The position numbers were made by a program, and so were the translations under genes. A stretch of DNA of 63,802 nucleotides, filler included, from Klebsormidium nitens (lineage: Eukaryota; Plantae; Klebsormidiophyceae), in assembly GCA_000708835.1 (NCBI GenBank). It is 8 parts of 8 records of this genome, joined end to end, with 100 filler letters (N's around TTAATTAATTAA, not from the genome) between each part and the next. Parts side by side here need not be neighbours in the genome. Positions count along the whole stretch, not along the records: positions 55,272 to 58,712 come from DF238579.1; positions 58,813 to 62,544 come from DF238552.1; positions 62,645 to 63,802 come from DF238313.1; 5 more parts are not named here. The stretch is one strand, 5' to 3'. Within the stretch, counting starts at the first letter, position 1; every line of letters starts with the position of its first letter. The notes under the pieces were generated by a model. The model worked only from the letters and a program-made list of their open reading frames with translations. It searched no databases and was not told the origin of the DNA. Below are positions 58,587 through 63,802 of this stretch, piece after piece.

Positions 58587-58712
58587 TCTTGAAACACAGC
58601 GTTGTTGGAAGTGATATTCAATCAATCAAGTTCACACAATGTATATGGAGTGTTCCGAGTCACGGCCTATCTTTAGGTCTACACTCTAGCCTAGTAGGCT
58701 CAGTGGACCGTC
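58587..58712. mobile_element. Partial Copia LTR (right end cut by the scaffold edge)
   Basis: ATCAAGTTCACACAAT is shared with 23110-23125, and 58638-58712 is nearly identical to 20001-20075. Confidence 0.7.
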
Positions 58713-59018
58713 NNNNNNNNNNNNNNNNNNNNNNNNNNNNNNNNNNNNNNNNNNNNTTAATTAATTAANNNNNNNNNNNNNNNNNNNNNNNNNNNNNNNN
58801 NNNNNNNNNNNNTCGTCTAATATCGTCTGCTACCTACAATGTAAAAACCGGACAAGAATTGGGCCTGAATTGGGAAGCTGAAGAGATGAAGAGAATTTAT
58901 CCTCTGCCGATGATGCACCTTCCTCCGCATGTTGGCCTGCAAAGTTTGCCCCGATTTTTTTTCCCCGGTTCGACTCTTGTTTTTGGCTCGGTTCCCGTGT
59001 CTCTGCTTACGCGATCTA

Positions 59019-59230
59019 GGCGTGGTGTCAAAACTGTTTTCAAGCCCCAACCAGATCACCGCAAGGCACCCCACCCCACCCTTGACCCTGTCCCCTGTCG
59101 CCAACAGCCTTGGGGCTGTTTTTAGCACCACGATAGACCCCTGTTTGGCCCCCGGGGGGGCCCGGGGCTGTCCCCTGTCGCAAATTGCGGTGATCTGGTT
59201 GACATTAGAAAACAGTTTAGACACCACGCC
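59019..59230. mobile_element. 212-bp MITE, PIF/Harbinger (Tourist)-like
   Basis: ~46-bp imperfect TIRs GGCGTGGTGTC.AAACTGTTTTC.A....CAACCAGATCACCGCAA, with CTA on both flanks (3-bp TSD). Confidence 0.72.
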
Positions 59231-62200
59231 CTACCTAAGCAGAAACACGGGAAATTTTTTGCGTCTAAACTTTTATGATTTAGACGCAATGTACCGTCTT
59301 ACCTATTCAGTTGTCCTGCGCGGCCCTCTGCTACCGGTACTTCAGGTTGCAACTTGCTACCCAAAATAAGGCCGCCAAAAGTGGTCGGTGGATCTGCAAA
59401 AGAGGGGCAGAATGAGCAGGCAAAGTGACCGGTCTGTATGGTCAATAGGTATGTTACAGTGTGACAGTACGTGGACAGTACTGCACGATCTTTACCCCGA
59501 CAGCTGCCTTGTCAAATTCCGAGTTGCCAATCCCTGGAGGTGAAGTCAAGAAACAAGACGTTACCCGTCACCTCGGCCTGGCCCGAATAAAGTCTACCAG
59601 ATACGTGGGGCAAATTTTAGCGCACATTCAAAGTTACCTGTCCACAACCACTCCACAACTTCTACACAACTTTAATGTAGACTGTCCACCAAATTTTGGA
59701 TGAATCATACTGTAAACGTTATCTTGTGGACGCCACGTTCGGGACTTGGTGAAATCTTTGCGGCCGCGCGGCGCGACGAAGGCCGCACAGACATGTTCTC
59801 TAGACTCACACTCGAGGCTTAAGTTAGTGACTCAAACACAGAGTCAGAGCCTACTGGGCCAGCGCCAATCAAGCTGAGTCTGCGAGTCCCCTGATCAGTG
59901 ACTTCAGGTCTTCACACGGTACGTACGGTGTGATGATAACAAGAAGACAGGAAGCACTGCAGGTCAGGCCAGCCAGCATAGTTTGTGAGGAGTCATGCAG
60001 CATACTACACAGCGTGAGGACAACCTAAGAAAATATTGCAGTGGGCAAAATGCATCATCACGATCTCGGGTGATATGACATGATGTTGGCCTAGTTTATT
60101 GAATGCCTATTGAATGCAGTGAGAGATCAAGCAGGGATCAAGCAATGGCAGCGCGATTGGCCTTAGCTCGCGTTCACGCCAAAGGTTTATTAGATTGAAT
60201 AAGAAGAGCAAAGAGTATGTTCAGCAAGCTGCATCTCCCCAGTGCTAGCTCAAGCTGCCACTCCAACATTCCTCTAGAAGCAGGTGTGAGCACTTCAGGA
60301 GCAACTCATCAGCCTGGTGTCTTGTCTTGGAGAGCAGTCATGGGAAGCTATCATGACATTGCAGCAAGTGCAGCGCTCACAGCTTCTGATGGTGCCCGTT
60401 CCTTAGATAACTGGGTGAAACATAGCTTTTCCATGCCAGCTGAACGAGTGGCACCAGTAGCATTCCAGAATATGGCTTCCACTCAGAGGCCCGGGATTCA
60501 GTCCACCAGCATTGCAGAAAGCTTTGGGGTAATCTGCCGGCAGGGCTCGCTGTAATGCTTATGCCCATTGGTCTCTTCACAGCTTCTCAGGTTCGTGGCC
60601 CAGCCTGCAGTCTGCTACAAATCTGTCACTTCTTCAGTCTTGCAAGGCTGTTTTATGCGAACAGCGGTGCCTGCTCAAAACTAAGTCAAGAGTGGTTTAA
60701 CATGTTGCATCAGTCAGCACTTCTGGTTAAGAATAGCTCAGCCTTCCTTCTCGTGCCTTCAATTGTGAAGAGATATGATCCCTGTGCTCTGCAGACACAG
60801 CCCAGACGGAGCCGGGCAACCGGTATTGATTCAGCCAACTTACGCATAGATCAGAAGCAAGTGCCAGGTACAAATCCAAGTGAATTAACCGTGACTGATA
60901 TGCTGGCGTTTGATTCTCTGCTTTTGCTTGAGTCTGACTAGTTTGCCCGCTGTGCCGACTTTGAGAATGAGGAGGATCAGATCATGAAAGAAGAAGCAGC
61001 TGAAGAGGAGCGGCGTGCTGCCGAGAAAGAGGAGGCTGATGAAGACGAGACACCTCGTGGCGCAAGGTCTGATAATGATGAGCCAATCGATGATGTTGAG
61101 GGCAGTGACCCAGAGGATGAGACTGAGCAATGTTCAGTCTCGGGCAATTGAAGCAGCATATGCCAACTTGCAGAAGGGTGCAACGCAGAAAATCTACGGG
61201 GGCGGCACGCGCTAAGTACTACAGGGTAAGTCCCCTTTTAGTATACGGTTTGCTGTTGGGCCCGCTTCAGAAGTCAAGGTATGTTTTACACATAGCTGTA
61301 TCCAACCGAGCCACGCTTCGCAGATTTGCATCAGACTGAGCTTACTGATCCCCTCGTCTCTAATGCGCAGTCTAACTCCTGAGAGTGCTCAGTATCAATC
61401 TTGTCACGGGCTTCATTACATGTTTGCACTTGCTCAGATCAGCTCGATAGTGTCCATAACAGAACCCTTCATGCATACTTGCAGAAGTGGTGGGGCAAGC
61501 GCACTAGAGGACGGGGGCCCTGCCGTCATCTTGTCAGGAGTGGGCAAGTTCGTGTTGGCCAAAAAATAGATAGTGAGTTACAGGTTCACTCTGAACTTAC
61601 TATGACTGGTGCTTTTTATGTGTGATAGACTCTTAGATTGAGAAATGCTCAGCGCTGGGCTTGTATCTTCCATCATCAACGAGCTTGAGAACACCAAGGG
61701 GCAGAATGGCTGTCTGATCAACTCGATGCGGTGTAATCAAGCCGTTTGCATTACTTATGAAGTGTTTCACTCTAGAGTTCGAAGCCTCGCCAATGTCTTG
61801 CTGTCATGCAGTCGCACAGTTGGATCAACAGCCACGTCAAGGCCTTCCAGTGGGCTTATCAAAGCTACCCTAAGCGCGCGGATGCAATTGTACAAGATTT
61901 GAGGAAGCTCAAGGCTGTCCAAGATGTCTTGAAGGCAGCCAAACAGAGAGACGCGAACCAGTCCAAAGAGTAAGCTTAAACTTCTCTAGCGCCCGCCACT
62001 GCTTTCTTGCCTTCTCCGGTTGATTTGAACAGTTCCAAAGTTCTTGTCGGCTTCGATCGCCATCTGAGACATGTGCTCACATTTGCACCGATCAACATCT
62101 GTTGCCCGTCACGGACTGCGGTGTGGGAAGTTGAGTTGATTCAATTCGTACAAACGGAGATTTGTTCTTGTTTTGCCGTCGTTATGTACATGATGCTTGT

Positions 62201-62776
62201 ACTCAATGGCCAGACCCTTGTATGTGACAATATCGATTGCTTGGCCTCAAGGTGACCCTTTCTCTTCAGGGAGTACCAAGACCGCCAAGAAGGTTTCAGC
62301 CAGGGATACACAACGAAACAGTATGAGCAACTAAGCAAGTACTGGTTGAACTTTCTGCGTGCGGGACGGCGCCAACAAAAAGGAGAACCGCCGGCGTATA
62401 CACCCATCCATCTCAGGTTCGCATTCTCTAATACTTGCTCACCGATCTGATTCACTTCACCAGGCTAATCTCGACAAGACAATGTAAGCGGCCTTACAAG
62501 TTGGTTTCAAACGTGTTGCCATCACGTTGAGCGCATCGGATAAANNNNNNNNNNNNNNNNNNNNNNNNNNNNNNNNNNNNNNNNNNNNTTAATTAATTAA
62601 NNNNNNNNNNNNNNNNNNNNNNNNNNNNNNNNNNNNNNNNNNNNCGGAATGCAAAGAAGGGACGCCAAAGGGGTACCTACGAACGAGTGTAGCCCCACAG
62701 CAAGCAACCACAGAGCGATCGTCTCAGGCGGACTGAGAGGACTTCGACTGGGGCGGTGAGGAGGACGACGATCACG

Positions 62777-63802
62777 ATGGAGTTGTCCGTTAATGAAAAG
62801 CGCCTCTTGGAAGCGTTTGCAAAGTCGACAGCAGCATATCCTGTGAAAATCAGGGATGACATCGAAAAGTTGACCGATCGCACCAAGAGTAATATGAAAA
62901 GAGATGTGGAAAAGAGTACAGAATTAGAAATAGGACGTGACTACGTGATTGAAGGCCGAGAAGTATGGCTGAGCACCCATGCCTTTTTGCGTTTCTGCGA
63001 GATGAGAGCTGGGGTAGGACCTGATGGTAATCAGAAGATGAAGGCAGGGTGTATCGCATCTTTCTTGCGGCTTTGTTTGGATAAGAACAAAGAAGACATT
63101 GGACAGAGGCACTCGGCTCAGGCAGAACAAGAGGATGCGGGGGCAGGACAGAAGCGGTCAGCTGAAGAAGGGGATGCCAACAAGTCTATGTCCAAAAAAC
63201 CAAGACTGGTCTATTTGAGAGAAAGGGCAAAAGAAACAAGGCAGATCCTAGAGCAGTATGAGGAAGAGGCTCGCTTACTAGAGGAGGCAGCGAGAGTCGC
63301 AAAGGAAAGGCGCTTCAAACTCCAAAGGATCGTGCAAGAGGAGGCTGAAGAGGAAGAGGAGGAAAGGGTTCAACCGGTAAGCTCATTGCCATGACGAAGT
63401 TGTGGAGCTCAACCTCTCATCCTGCCTACATGCATGAAGATGGAAAGTGGTACTACTATACCATGAACTGACCCTTGTTCATTGAACGTTGCAGGGGGGG
63501 AGGGGGGCTCCTGCACGCCAGGGCCCAGGCAACCAAGAGCCTTGCATGCCACCACATGCAAAACCTCAGCCTAAGCCCCACCAGCATCCCGGGGAGCTAC
63601 CGCAGCAGGACCCCATGGCGGAGCCCCAGCCAGATGCCCCCCCTCAATCTCATGCAGAGCCGCAGCCTGAACCCCACCAGCATCCCAAGGCCCAGCAGGA
63701 ATCCTTGTCGGAGCCCCAGCCGGATGCCCCCCCTCAATCTCATGCAGAGTCGCAGCCTGAACCCCACCAGCACGCCGAGGCCCAGCAGGAGCAGCTGCAG
63801 CA
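62777..63802 (+). CDS. Spliced gene with AntA/MSV199-like N-terminal domain, charged coiled coil and 30-aa P/Q/E/H repeats (exon 1 62777-63376, intron 63377-63494, exon 2 runs off the window)
   Basis: YPVKIRDDIEKLTDRTKSNMKRDV...LEIGRDYVI....VWLSTHAFLRFCEMRA parallels the N-terminus of the 38822-40915 protein. A phase-0 GTAAG...TTGCAG intron keeps the frame open into EPQPDAPPQSHAE(P/S)QPEPHQH repeats (90-bp period). Confidence 0.6.

Noticed and set aside
59759-59803. GC hairpin followed by CTAG as a Helitron 3' end
   Set aside because: Only a 7-bp stem with a long loop, CTAG is followed by A rather than T, and no matching 5' TC end or second copy is seen.
60217-62000. Exon-like pieces (acidic 60941-61145, helical 61811-61970, a CRH motif near 61520) as a KDZ/Zisupton transposase
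   Set aside because: There is an in-frame stop, no consistent gene model could be built, and motif similarity is too weak to name. Probably a degenerate gene of unknown family.
1-63802. rRNA, tRNA or other structured ncRNA genes
   Set aside because: None recognisable by eye; tRNAscan-SE/Infernal would be needed to exclude them.

Overview
Eukaryotic draft sequence, not one continuous locus: seven artificial 100-bp spacers (N44-TTAATTAATTAA-N44) join eight separate scaffolds, so adjacency across spacers carries no information. A ciliary IFT gene, a plant-type vacuolar sorting receptor and GC-rich, intron-dense genes suggest a flagellate-stage streptophyte alga such as Klebsormidium (inference, not verified). 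Scaffold 1 (1-19900): a 10-exon CLUAP1/IFT38 gene and a 14-exon VSR gene; many introns hold degenerate tandem 'echo' copies of the adjacent splice junction. Scaffold 2 (20001-28955): Gypsy chromovirus and Copia relics plus three CAC...GTG foldback elements with 2-bp target duplications. Scaffold 3 (29056-34018): a frameshifted RPA70-like OB-fold gene and an unidentified convergent gene. Scaffold 4 (34119-49629) is the most striking part: intronless, gene-dense, virus-like DNA with two convergent giant fibre/spike genes and an MSV199/AntA + T5orf172-type gene. The minus-strand fibre gene is one ~2,450-codon gene (PA14 domain, C-terminal peptidase-S74 chaperone) that the ORF track splits into four because of one frameshift and two in-frame TAGs, consistent with a decaying endogenised large DNA virus. 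Scaffold 5: an IAH1-like SGNH hydrolase with a tandemly duplicated 144-nt exon (mutually exclusive exon candidate). Scaffold 6: a degenerate DNA polymerase delta-like fragment. Scaffold 7: a MITE and unidentified exon-like pieces. Scaffold 8: a spliced gene with a virus-type AntA/MSV199-like N-terminus. I found no rRNA, tRNA or CRISPR. All family assignments are by motif recognition; no database search was run.
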